Positions 20,926-30,027 of a stretch of 64,000 bases of DNA are shown one piece after another (the first letter of the stretch is position 1; every line of letters begins with the position of its first letter). The stretch covers positions 64,001 through 128,000 of the forward strand of contig JAVYVS010000002.1 of NCBI GenBank assembly GCA_038727515.1, in the 5' to 3' direction. The notes under the pieces are model-generated. The model saw nothing but the letters and a program-made list of their open reading frames with translations. It was not told where the DNA came from and ran no database searches. The position numbers and the translations under genes are program-made. Source of the stretch: Candidatus Methanomethylicia archaeon. Lineage in GTDB: Archaea > Thermoproteota > Methanomethylicia > Culexarchaeales > Culexarchaeaceae.

Positions 20926-21652
20926 ACTTGTAATTTGGTTTTAGATCCCAATACCAAAACTTCTTATTAATGAAAATCCTTTTTGCATTGATTTCTATCA
21001 ACTTTGATTTAAAATTCAACAATATTCTTTCTAGGAAACTATTTTTATCATACAATACTATTGCTTCCTCAGTTAAATCTAAGAATAATAGTGGTAGTTT
21101 TTCAGCTTCAACTTTACGTAATGGGTAGAAACTCAATCCAGTATATATCCCATTCTTCCTAAGCCAATTCAATTCATCCCTTAATTTTTCTTCAATTTTA
21201 ATTAGGCTATCTATTCTAGAGGCTATTGTACCATGAAAATCATCTGAAATCAATAATATATCCACATCACTAGTGTTAGAGGTAGTACCCCTAGCCACTG
21301 AACCATAAATTGCAAAAGATTCTAAACAAATATTCTCCATGATTAATCTTAAACAATCCAATATCAACTTTAAATATGCTTCTTGCTTCACTTTATCAAA
21401 ATTCTTTACCATACCTGAAGCTATGAAAATCATGTTTTCAGGATCAATCAATCTATAAATTCTAGGCCTACTTTTCTTAAACACCAATATAAGCCTTTTA
21501 GAATGAAGCATGCTAAAAACTACTGAAAGCTTATTATCATCAAATAACAACACATTCTTAGCATCATTAAAAGTAAACAAACCTAGTTTAAACTTCATAT
21601 ATAGTTTAGAGTAACATTCACCAAGCCATTTTGGGATCCACAAAGTTATCAT
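20900..21652 (-). CDS. Minimal nucleotidyltransferase (MNT) with an N-terminal extension, putative antitoxin
   Basis: YGSVARG...SDVDILLI, plus the C-terminal WYWDLKP typical of archaeal MNTs; ~85-aa wHTH-like N-terminus. Confidence 0.85.
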   Translation of the reverse strand: MITLWIPKWLGECYSKLYMKFKLGLFTFNDAKNVLLFDDNKLSVVFSMLHSKRLILVFKKSRPRIYRLIDPENMIFIASGMVKNFDKVKQEAYLKLILDCLRLIMENICLESFAIYGSVARGTTSNTSDVDILLISDDFHGTIASRIDSLIKIEEKLRDELNWLRKNGIYTGLSFYPLRKVEAEKLPLLFLDLTEEAIVLYDKNSFLERILLNFKSKLIEINAKRIFINKKFWYWDLKPNYKFGEKIEID

Positions 21653-21808
21653 GGGAATATTAACCTTAACTATTTATTAATGTTTTTCTCATCTCTAAAG
21701 TTTTGTAGAAATCAATCTTAAGCATCATTCTTCACGAGTCTTAAACTTCGCTCTAAGGTTAGATTGTTTTAGAAAACTATTATATTTAATGTAGCCTCTA
21801 AATTTATT

Positions 21809-22150
21809 GTGTCTTCAGAGGATAGATCTTTAGGGTTTGCTCCAATTTTTTGGGGTACTTTAGGATTGTTTATGTTTGTTAATGGTATTCAAAATAATGA
21901 TATTGTTTCAACTTCTCTGGGTTTATCCCTAATCTTTACATGTATTTTATTAGCCGCATCTAGATATGTCACAAATATTAAATTGAGTAAAATTTTAGAG
22001 TATTCTTCTATTATAGGGTCTTTGGGGATAATTCTCCACGGTTATATTATAACTGAAAACATGTTTCTATTATTCATAGCCTTAACAATAATTATCGTAA
22101 TAATTTGTAGAATAGTGTATTTAAAAATGATAAAGAAAATTGGTGGATAA
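21809..22150 (+). CDS. Hypothetical membrane protein (~4 TM)
   Basis: Hydrophobic 113-aa ORF. Confidence 0.6.
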   Translation: MSSEDRSLGFAPIFWGTLGLFMFVNGIQNNDIVSTSLGLSLIFTCILLAASRYVTNIKLSKILEYSSIIGSLGIILHGYIITENMFLLFIALTIIIVIICRIVYLKMIKKIGG

Positions 22151-22162
22151 GTTTGACACTAA

Positions 22163-22699
22163 CTACCAGCGATTATATTTAACTATTTCCTCTAGAGGTT
22201 TTCTATCGGTTACTGGATCCTTCTTTTCAGCTGGATATCCCAGTGTTATCATAGTCACAACACGAACATCATCGGGTATTCCTAAAACCTTTTTAATATC
22301 ATTTTCATCATGGAATACTCCTATCCAACATGTTCCAAGACCCAATTCCCATGCAGCTAAAACTAAGTTCTGTAATGCTATAGATACATCAATCTTCCAG
22401 AAATCTGTTCCAGGGAAGCTTTCGCTGGGAACAGCACATCCAACAATAACTATAGGTGCTGTAGCAAGCGGACCTCTATAAGGTCTCCTAGCAGATGGCA
22501 TCATCCTTTCTTTAATCATTTTTAGTTCCTCTATAATCTTCCTATCATTTACAACGATAAACCTCCAAGGTTGTCTATTACCTGCTGAAGGTGCAAGTCT
22601 AGCTGCTTCTAAAACCTTCTTCAATTTCTCTTCTTCAACAGGTTTATCCTCATAAACCCTTATACTACGTCTCGTTCTAATAGCTTCAAAAACATCCAT
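22163..22699 (-). CDS. Nitroreductase family protein
   Basis: RRSIRVY, APSAGNRQPWRF, LGLGTCWIG, LGYP, RKPLEE. Confidence 0.93.
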   Translation of the reverse strand: MDVFEAIRTRRSIRVYEDKPVEEEKLKKVLEAARLAPSAGNRQPWRFIVVNDRKIIEELKMIKERMMPSARRPYRGPLATAPIVIVGCAVPSESFPGTDFWKIDVSIALQNLVLAAWELGLGTCWIGVFHDENDIKKVLGIPDDVRVVTMITLGYPAEKKDPVTDRKPLEEIVKYNRW

Positions 22700-22832
22700 A
22701 TGAACATCTATGTTAATTAAATTAATAATTATTTTGTTTATTGATGGATTTTAATATATGTGTAGATTCTTTTATCAAAATCGTAGTAATTTTTTACTCG
22801 GTAACTTATGGTTTATTCGGTGAATCGAGTAA

Positions 22833-23025
22833 ATGATGAAAGAACGAGTCGGTTCAAAGGGGAAGTTATTTCTTCCAAAGGAAATTAGGAAAGAGCTTGG
22901 TCTCAATGCTAATACAAAAGTTATATAAGATTGAAGATATATTGATGTAAAATACATTTGTGGAAGAATCATTGAAGAGTTTTAGAGATTTAGGAGAGAA
23001 TTGTCTAAGAGGGTTGAAATATTGA
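22833..23025 (+). pseudogene. AbrB/MazE/SpoVT-family antitoxin pseudogene
   Basis: MMKERVGSKG / ELFLPKEIRKELGL..TKVI / FRRELSKRVE joined only across frameshifts. Confidence 0.65.
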
Positions 23026-23187
23026 GAAGATAAAATTTATCAAGAAATAGTGACACCTATAAATCCTAAATTTAAGATACATCGATTAACAGATTTTATG
23101 GTGGTAGATAGCTTTACCTATTTACGAGATTTGTTAATTGAATTTTAAATCCTCATGCTTATATATGATAACAGTTAATAACTATTA

Positions 23188-24225
23188 TTGATGGTATCTG
23201 ATAATTCTGATTTATCTTTACAAAATTTAATTGTAAAAGCTTTATTAAAGCCTGAAGTCTATAATGAAAAAGTAAAAAAGGTAAAACTTATTCAAACCTA
23301 TCATTCTTTTGTTTTTCTTGCTGGAGATTTTGCTTATAAGATTAAGAAGGCTGTAAAATTCCCCTATTTTGATTTTTCCACATTAGATAAGAGGAAGGAG
23401 GATTTAGAGAAGGAATTGAGATTAAATAAGCGTTTGGCATCAGACCTTTATCTTGGGATAGTTCCTATAACTATGGAAGATGAAGAGATTAAAATTTGTG
23501 GTAAGGGTAGAATTATTGAGTATGCTTTAAAGATGAAGCGAATACCTGAAAGATATTTAATGTCAAAACTTTTGGAAGAGAATAAAGTGGGTAATGAAGC
23601 TATTGAAAATATTGCTAAAATTATTGCTGATTTCCATTCTAAAGCTGAAAGTAATGAGGAAATAAGTAAATATGGTTCAATTGAAGTTATAAAGTATAAT
23701 TGGAATGAGAATTTTGAGCAAACTAGAGAATTTATAAACATTACAATTTCTGAAAATCAATTTAACTTCATAAAGAAGATTATTGATGACTTTATATACA
23801 AAAATAAAAGTCTTTTTGAGAAGAGGATGAAAGAGGGAATGATTAAAGACTGCCATGGAGACCTATATTCCGAAAGCATCTTTATAACTCCAAATAAAAT
23901 CTACATTTTCGATTGTTTAGAGTTTATAGATAGATTTAGATTTTCTGATACTGTAAGTGAAGTAGCATTTCTAGCCATGGATTTAGATTTTCATGATAGA
24001 AGTGATCTCAGTGATCTTTTTATTGAAAAATATATTGAATTTTCAAAGGATGTAGAACTCCTCAAACTATTGCAATTCTATAAATGTTATAGAGCCTATG
24101 TTAGAGGGAAAGTTGAAAGTTTCAAACTAAAAGATCCAAATATTGGTAAAAGGGATAAGAATATCGCTGTAAAAAATGCTAGAAAATACTTCAACCTATC
24201 CTTTAATTACGCCAAGCAACTTTAA
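23188..24225 (+). CDS. Aminoglycoside-phosphotransferase-like protein (COG2187)
   Basis: IQTYHSFVFL..AYKIKK, ELRLNKRLA, DCHGDL, FDCLEF, YRAYVRGKV. Confidence 0.85.
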   Translation: MMVSDNSDLSLQNLIVKALLKPEVYNEKVKKVKLIQTYHSFVFLAGDFAYKIKKAVKFPYFDFSTLDKRKEDLEKELRLNKRLASDLYLGIVPITMEDEEIKICGKGRIIEYALKMKRIPERYLMSKLLEENKVGNEAIENIAKIIADFHSKAESNEEISKYGSIEVIKYNWNENFEQTREFINITISENQFNFIKKIIDDFIYKNKSLFEKRMKEGMIKDCHGDLYSESIFITPNKIYIFDCLEFIDRFRFSDTVSEVAFLAMDLDFHDRSDLSDLFIEKYIEFSKDVELLKLLQFYKCYRAYVRGKVESFKLKDPNIGKRDKNIAVKNARKYFNLSFNYAKQL

Positions 24226-24726
24226 TTTCTCAATTAAAATATCTGCTGCCTCCACAGATCCTCTAGTTGTATCTATAATTATATGATCCTGCATTATAGG
24301 TTCAAATTCTCTTTTCAATTTTAAATAAACTTCCCAATCTGCATCCGAAGAAAATCTCTTATCCCCCTTTAATCTTTCTTTAACAACCTCTTCATCACAA
24401 ATACATTCAATAAAGTATATAGGAACATTATTTCTCTCAGCCAATTCAACAACCTTCCTCCTCCTCTCCTCCTTATTAAAAGTAGCATCAAGAATACATG
24501 GAACACCCTGCTTCACCAAATACTCTGCTACAATAAACATTACCCTATAAACCAATTCCCTCTCATCCTCTGAATAAGTTGGTTTCTCAATCAACTTCTT
24601 CCTTATTTCATCAGTCCTTAAAACTGGTGCTCTAATTTTCTCTGATAAGATATCTGCTATAGTACTCTTACCAGTTCCAGGCAAACCAGAAATAACTATC
24701 AACATACACACTATGTAATAATCCAC
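24196..24726 (-). CDS. P-loop kinase (AAA_33/COG0645)
   Basis: GLPGTGKS, TDEIRK, ILDATF, SDAD. Confidence 0.88.
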   Translation of the reverse strand: MDYYIVCMLIVISGLPGTGKSTIADILSEKIRAPVLRTDEIRKKLIEKPTYSEDERELVYRVMFIVAEYLVKQGVPCILDATFNKEERRRKVVELAERNNVPIYFIECICDEEVVKERLKGDKRFSSDADWEVYLKLKREFEPIMQDHIIIDTTRGSVEAADILIEKLKLLGVIKG

Positions 24727-24868
24727 TATCGAAAATAAATAGGTATAGGATTCTACAACTTCATAACTTGATTTGTAAAATTTTCATTTAGTAGAAATTC
24801 GTATTTTCTTTCAGGTTTTGAGGTAAGAATTTTAATTAAGTTATATTTATTTTATTATAATATTTTGA

Positions 24869-25780
24869 ATGATACCCTTAGCATTCGAAGAAATGCTAAG
24901 TCCTGAGCTTGAGAAGGAGTTGTTGAAGATATATGTAGGTCAGAACATTAGGATAGATGCTAGGTTTGGTAAAAGACGGGGGATTTTAAGTAAAGATGTA
25001 AATCAAATATTGGCTCGTAGACTTCTGCTTATGGGATTTATCAAAGAAGATACTTGGTATCGTCTTACATTATATCAAACGACAACAGAAGGTGAAGCGT
25101 ACATAAAACCGATTATTAAGCTTATATGCACTACATTTAATGACGCTGTTAATAAAGCGGTTGAACATCATGGTATTCCTCCAAGAATAATTGGATTCGT
25201 AGTTCATTATTACCTTTTACCTTCATTAAAATTTCCTGCTATTCAACCATCAGAAACAACGGCTGAATTATATGCATTGGATAGAATACTTAGAGATTAT
25301 GAAGTTTGGGAATACTGCTCTAAGTTCATGCAGATCTTGGAAGAAATGAACCTATGTGTTAAAGCACATTTCTATGTTTCCTCACATGGAGGTAAAGAAG
25401 ACGAACCTTACTATGTAATAAGCTTTGAATTACAAGAGTATTTAGAGAATAGCCAGATCCCCCCACCATTTACTGTGGAAGAAGAGAAAGAATTGAAAAT
25501 ATATGAAGTACTAATTCGCACCATTAGGTTATTCTCAGGTCCAGTCAATACATATGTTGGCTACTCGCTTAGAACGTATCTAAAGTTACTTGAAGAGTAT
25601 AGAATTACAGAGGATGATGTGAAATCAATCATCGATAAAGCTAGTGCAAAAGGGCTTACAAGCAAATATGAAGTGTTACCAAATAGAAATCCCTTTATAA
25701 TTCATGATATACATAGGTTTAGCTTCTATATTTACAAGGAGTTAATAGAGCCGAAGATAGAATACCTTTTAGAATTTTAA
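24869..25780 (+). CDS. Hypothetical protein
   Basis: 303-aa ORF with no recognised motif; next to the tRNA/island. Confidence 0.6.
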   Translation: MIPLAFEEMLSPELEKELLKIYVGQNIRIDARFGKRRGILSKDVNQILARRLLLMGFIKEDTWYRLTLYQTTTEGEAYIKPIIKLICTTFNDAVNKAVEHHGIPPRIIGFVVHYYLLPSLKFPAIQPSETTAELYALDRILRDYEVWEYCSKFMQILEEMNLCVKAHFYVSSHGGKEDEPYYVISFELQEYLENSQIPPPFTVEEEKELKIYEVLIRTIRLFSGPVNTYVGYSLRTYLKLLEEYRITEDDVKSIIDKASAKGLTSKYEVLPNRNPFIIHDIHRFSFYIYKELIEPKIEYLLEF

Positions 25781-26029
25781 CAAATACCGGTATTTAAATG
25801 GATAAAAATACATTAAAATTCATCATAAAAGGGATTTTTCAGTATTTATCTATATCTTCTAAAAGTAGCTCATCACACAGTTTTCCCTAATCTTTTCATT
25901 TAGTTTTCTATTTTCCTTCTAGTTTCCATGACATTTTTACTCTAAAAAGTTTAATCTCAGCCTTAACCTAGCCATGGACTAGCGAGGTGTGGACATTAAC
26001 TTATTTAAAGATCTGAATATGGGAGGTAG

Positions 26030-26104
26030 CGGGCCCGCCGGGATTTGAACCCGGGGCCTCTGGCTCCGGAGGCCAACGCTCTATCCAAACTGAGCTACGG
26101 GCCC
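26030..26104 (-). tRNA. tRNA-Arg(CCG)
   Basis: Reverse complement GGGCCCGTAGCTCAGTTTGGATAGAGCGTTGGCCTCCGGAGCCAGAGGCCCCGGGTTCAAATCCCGGCGGGCCCG folds into a cloverleaf; anticodon loop CT-CCG-GA, no intron. Confidence 0.95.
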
Positions 26105-26249
26105 GATTTTTCCTATCCGAACATTTATATATCTCTTCCTCCCCTTTTTCTTGATGCGTCTTGGAGAAGTTTAGTTATAGACACGCATTTTCTAAAAGAG
26201 CTCTGAGGCTTACGCAGAAGTTAGGGCTTGATTTGATGAGCTTAAGGTT

Positions 26250-27380
26250 TTGAGAAGTGGAAGAACAGCCCACGACTATCTGGATATGCTTGCTGGTTTT
26301 GTTGAAAGCTCTGGAAAATCCCCTAAAGATTTAGTTGGGCTATCTTCCAGTGAAGCATATGATGTTTTGAGGAAATGGGATTTATCTGAACTTCGCAAAT
26401 GTTCCTACACTACTGGAAGACTTTATGTTTTATGGAATGCTGTCAAAAACTTCTTGAAATTTCATGGAATTGAGGTGAAAAATAAACCGCCTTTCAAGAA
26501 GACTGTGAAATACTTGGACAAGATTCCAACGAAGGAAGAGTTAAGGCAAATATTAAATGCAGCTTCAAGCCTTTCAACCAAAATTGCCATTGAGCTGATG
26601 CGTTATGGAGGATTAAGACCAAAGGACATATGTGATTTAACCTACTCAAGCATAAAAAACGATTTTGAGGGGGGAAGTCCATTTGCAGTGTTTGTTCCAC
26701 AGGCAAAAAGTGACAGCGTTTACGTCACTTTTATTCCGGAGACAACTGTTGGGCTGATTCGCCAATATTTTAGGTTTAGGGAAAGTAAGGGAGAGAAAAT
26801 AATTGATAAAAGCCCTATAATAGCAAACCCGAGGTATCCAAGCAAAGGGATTAGGAGAAAAACGTTAACAGCCAAAATAGAAAAGGTGATTGCTAAGAGC
26901 GGAATTCAATCGCAGTTAACCTTTGGAAACAAAATTCAGAGAATTAGGCCCTACAGTTTAAGAAAGTATTTTTAGGAGCAATTTAACTGGGCATGCCCCA
27001 AACGAGTATATTGAGGCTTGGCCACACCTCCGGCTTAGAGCATGTATACAGCGGGACAAGGGATCTGGACCCTTCCACAATTGAAAGGATGCGTGAGGTT
27101 TACAAGAGATGTGAACCTTCCCTTTTAGCCACAGCCCAACCGCTAGATCAAAATTCCTTGGTTACAGAAGCAAAAATAGAAGCCTTGAAAAGCATAGCAA
27201 AAAGCCTCCTATGAATAGACCTGCTCGATGTTAAAGTTGCAAAAGAAAGGCAGATTGGAAGAGAGTTAAGCAAGGACGAAGAACTCTAGCTTTACGAGAA
27301 AGAGCTGAAAAAACTAAGAGAGGGAAAACATAACCCCCAAAGGATAATACATGAAAGAGAGCTTGAAAAATACATTTCCC
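26250..27380 (+). pseudogene. Tyrosine recombinase/integrase, frameshifted
   Basis: GLR (R) and PYSLRKYF (HxxR-like), then frameshifts before LGH...HVY (catalytic His/Tyr); the tail has in-frame stops. The 5' end is also broken. Confidence 0.88.
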
Positions 27381-27432
27381 AAGAAGACATAAAGAAGGTT
27401 AAAGAACTGATTATAAAGGCGATCATGGAGAA

Positions 27433-28014
27433 ATGAGCGAAAATTTTGAGGAACTCTTATTTGCGGACATTCTTGTCAGAAAAATTGAAATTAAGGAGAT
27501 TTCGCCTTGCACCGCCGACCCGGAAAGGATTAAGTTTTTGGCGCAGGCTGACAAGCTCCTAGAAGATGTTTTGCCGATTCTCTATTTGGCTATTCCAAAC
27601 GCCAAATACTCCGAAAAGCTCGGCGCATTAAGCTACGTGTACCAGCAACACCTGATAACCATTTTCGCTAATGGCAGAATCAGCATGACCTACGTCAAAG
27701 ATAGAAACGAGGCAAACCAACTCGTCGAAGAGGCTAGGCAACTAATAAACCGCGCCATCATATACCTGAAAACCCATGGAAAGCCAAGCCCCGAAATGAT
27801 TCATGCCAAAAAAGAATTAACACCAGTAAAGATTTACGAGTTGTTGCCGAAAACGAACTGCAAAATGTGCGGGGAGCAAAGCTGCTTCGCTTTTGCAGCC
27901 AAACTTCTAAACGGAGAAAAAACATTGCAGGACTGTCCACCATTGGAGTCTAAGGAGTACGAAGCCTTCAAGTTTCAAATAGAGAGGATGATGAATCCAA
28001 TTAGGCTGAAGTAG
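27433..28014 (+). CDS. (Fe-S)-binding protein with C-terminal FeS domain
   Basis: N-terminal PCTADP; C-terminal LPKTNCKMCGEQSCFAFA...CPPL. Confidence 0.85.
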   Translation: MSENFEELLFADILVRKIEIKEISPCTADPERIKFLAQADKLLEDVLPILYLAIPNAKYSEKLGALSYVYQQHLITIFANGRISMTYVKDRNEANQLVEEARQLINRAIIYLKTHGKPSPEMIHAKKELTPVKIYELLPKTNCKMCGEQSCFAFAAKLLNGEKTLQDCPPLESKEYEAFKFQIERMMNPIRLK

Positions 28015-28061
28015 AAGCTTTTAAGAAACATATTTAAATATTTTAATCTCACTATTTATGC

Positions 28062-28448
28062 TTGGTAAACAAAATGCTTGAATCTAAAATTGATAAAAGG
28101 CTTATGAGGTTGATAAGTTCCGGACGTTGTCCTCATGAAGATCCGCAGAGATACGTTGCTGAGCTAAGACATCTTGCGGATGATGTGGCGAGGGTTGATG
28201 AGGCTGAGGAGCGATGCAAATTTTTTAAGGCTTTGGCGGACACGACGAGGCTTAGGATTTTGAAGCTTTTGGGCGTTAGGGAAATGTGTGTTTGCGAGGT
28301 TATGATAGCCCTTGATTTAACCCAGCCAACAGCTTCGCATCACTTAAAAATACTGGAAAACGCTGGGCTAGTTAAAGGCAGAAAAAAGGGAAGATGGGTA
28401 TACTACAGCGTTAAGAATCCAAAGATAATTGAAAGTATGTTTCAGTAA
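28062..28448 (+). CDS. arsR: ArsR/SmtB-family metalloregulator
   Basis: FKALADTTRLRIL, EMCVCEV (CxC alpha-3 site), SHHLKILENAGLV, GRWVYY. Confidence 0.9.
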   Translation: MVNKMLESKIDKRLMRLISSGRCPHEDPQRYVAELRHLADDVARVDEAEERCKFFKALADTTRLRILKLLGVREMCVCEVMIALDLTQPTASHHLKILENAGLVKGRKKGRWVYYSVKNPKIIESMFQ

Positions 28449-28461
28449 GACTTTGCAAGCC

Positions 28462-28746
28462 TTAACGGTAACCGTATTTCTCTCGCAATTCTCTAAGCAT
28501 CTGCTTAAGTTCCTGCCTTGAAGGGAAGCTTATGGCTCCCACTGGGCACCGCGGTCTACATGACTCGCATCCTACTAGACAATTGTAAGGTCTTGCAACA
28601 ACTACCTTGTCGCCCTGCTTTTCGTAAACATGTTCATGGCAGAATTCCACACAGATTCCGCAACCAATGCAAAGCTCATGATTAATTGTTGGAAACCATT
28701 TAATCTCCTTTCGCGGTATCCCTAAATACGTTTTCTCCTCGCCCAT
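28462..28746 (-). CDS. 2[4Fe-4S] ferredoxin family protein
   Basis: CIGCGICVEFC and CLVGCESCRPRCPVGAISF. Confidence 0.9.
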   Translation of the reverse strand: MGEEKTYLGIPRKEIKWFPTINHELCIGCGICVEFCHEHVYEKQGDKVVVARPYNCLVGCESCRPRCPVGAISFPSRQELKQMLRELREKYGYR

Positions 28747-28747
28747 C

Positions 28748-29128
28748 TTACGCGCCAACCACCTTACTTACAGCTTCCTCAACCTTCTTCATGGCCTCTG
28801 CCGTCTCCATATTCCTCAAATCCAGAGAAATTACTTGCTTGTCAAAGTCTAAGCCCTTTTCAGCAAAAGCGTCCTTAAACATTTTCCTCTGCATCCTTGG
28901 GTCGCATCCACCGATAATGTATATTTTGTCTTTATCCGTTTCCTTCAAGTAATCCCTGAGAAAGTTGTCCCCATCCGTGACGCAAAGCTGAGGATGGATT
29001 ATAGCGTATTCTACGTCAAGCTCATTTCTAACAAAGTTTATAAACTTCCACAAATCCAACTTTGCAAATCCGGGACATTCACCAGTACAGAAACACATTA
29101 TAAATCTTGGCAATTTCCTCTCACTCAT
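28748..29128 (-). CDS. Stand-alone HdrA N-terminal-domain-like Cys protein
   Basis: CFCTGEC...HPQLC...GGCDPRMQ resembles the HdrA N-terminal pattern CxC...LC...ACSPR. Confidence 0.55.
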   Translation of the reverse strand: MSERKLPRFIMCFCTGECPGFAKLDLWKFINFVRNELDVEYAIIHPQLCVTDGDNFLRDYLKETDKDKIYIIGGCDPRMQRKMFKDAFAEKGLDFDKQVISLDLRNMETAEAMKKVEEAVSKVVGA

Positions 29129-29220
29129 ATTTTTCACCTTGTTAGTTGAAGATTATATTTAAACATTTAAATTTATCGTTTTGAAGTTTCCATTTTAAAG
29201 GAAAATTGCGTTAATTTTGA

Positions 29221-29601
29221 CAGCTATTATTAGAAGCCACTCGTGCAGACCTATTTACCACAGACCTGGCCATATATGAAGCCTGTAACAGCCTCTGGAA
29301 GCTTTCAACATTATTGAAATCAATATCCATAGAGGATGCCATAGACACCGCCACCACGATAAAAGACTTAGCCACAAGAGGCGTGATAAAAACAATAAAA
29401 TTCACAAAACTAGACTTTTCCCACACATTTCAAATAGCTTACAAAGAAGGGATAACCTTCTACGACGCCTCATACATAGCAACAGCTAGAAACGCAGAAG
29501 TCACCCTAGTAACAGAAGACGAAAAACTAAAGGAAACAGCAAGAAAATTCATAAAAACAATAACATATTCAGACCTCGAAAACAAACTAACTCAAACCTA
29601 A
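29221..29601 (+). pseudogene. 5'-truncated PIN/VapC toxin
   Basis: LAIYEACNSLWK, ITFYDASYI and LVTED present. The N-terminal catalytic Asp strand and start are missing (stop at 29218); no antitoxin. Confidence 0.75.
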
Positions 29602-29669
29602 CAGCCAAAAATGAAAGTGTATCTGAAAACGCGCGAATACCATAGATATAGGTTCGGATAGGATTTTTC

Positions 29670-29693
29670 CTATCCATGCTGAGCTACGGGCTC
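29670..29693 (-). repeat. att-like copy of tRNA-Arg nt 1-24
   Basis: GAGCCCGTAGCTCAGCATGGATAG versus tRNA GGGCCCGTAGCTCAGTTTGGATAG (26081-26104): 21/24 identical, direct orientation. Confidence 0.85.
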
Positions 29694-29805
29694 AATTTTC
29701 ATGGATTATTTCACTTTATTTTTAATGAATTCTCAATTTTGTTATATTTTTGTTTAAGTTTATTATATAAGTTTCTTTGCATAATTTATGTTATTGGTGT
29801 AAAGT

Positions 29806-30027
29806 TTGGGTAAAATTGATAGGGGCGTCAATTGTAGTATTGTTGATTGCAATAAATCTGCTATTCGCTCATTATCTTATTCTGAGTTTTCTAAAGTTGC
29901 ACCTAAAGCTGGGTTAAGTATTGGCTCTAATGCTCCACGTAGAGTTTATCTCTGTGAGGATCATTATAAGGTTTTTAAGAAGTTTTTGAGGAAGGAGAAA
30001 ATGTATGAGAAATGGAGATATGGTTAG
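29806..30027 (+). CDS. Small putative Zn-binding protein
   Basis: CSIVDC...YLCEDH; overlaps the polB start. Confidence 0.7.
   Translation: MGKIDRGVNCSIVDCNKSAIRSLSYSEFSKVAPKAGLSIGSNAPRRVYLCEDHYKVFKKFLRKEKMYEKWRYG

Larger units (their letters stand above)
26105..29669. mobile_element. Decayed integrative element inserted at the 5' end of tRNA-Arg(CCG)
   Basis: Tyrosine integrase pseudogene at the left end, visibly higher GC and different codon use, and a partial tRNA 5' copy at the right boundary. Confidence 0.85.

Noticed and set aside
25839-25879. GTGATGA...CTGA on the minus strand as a possible C/D RNA
   Set aside because: No internal D'/C' boxes or terminal stem.
26250-27214. SSV-type split integrase or programmed frameshift
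   Set aside because: The att repeat lies outside the gene, and multiple frameshifts and stops indicate decay.
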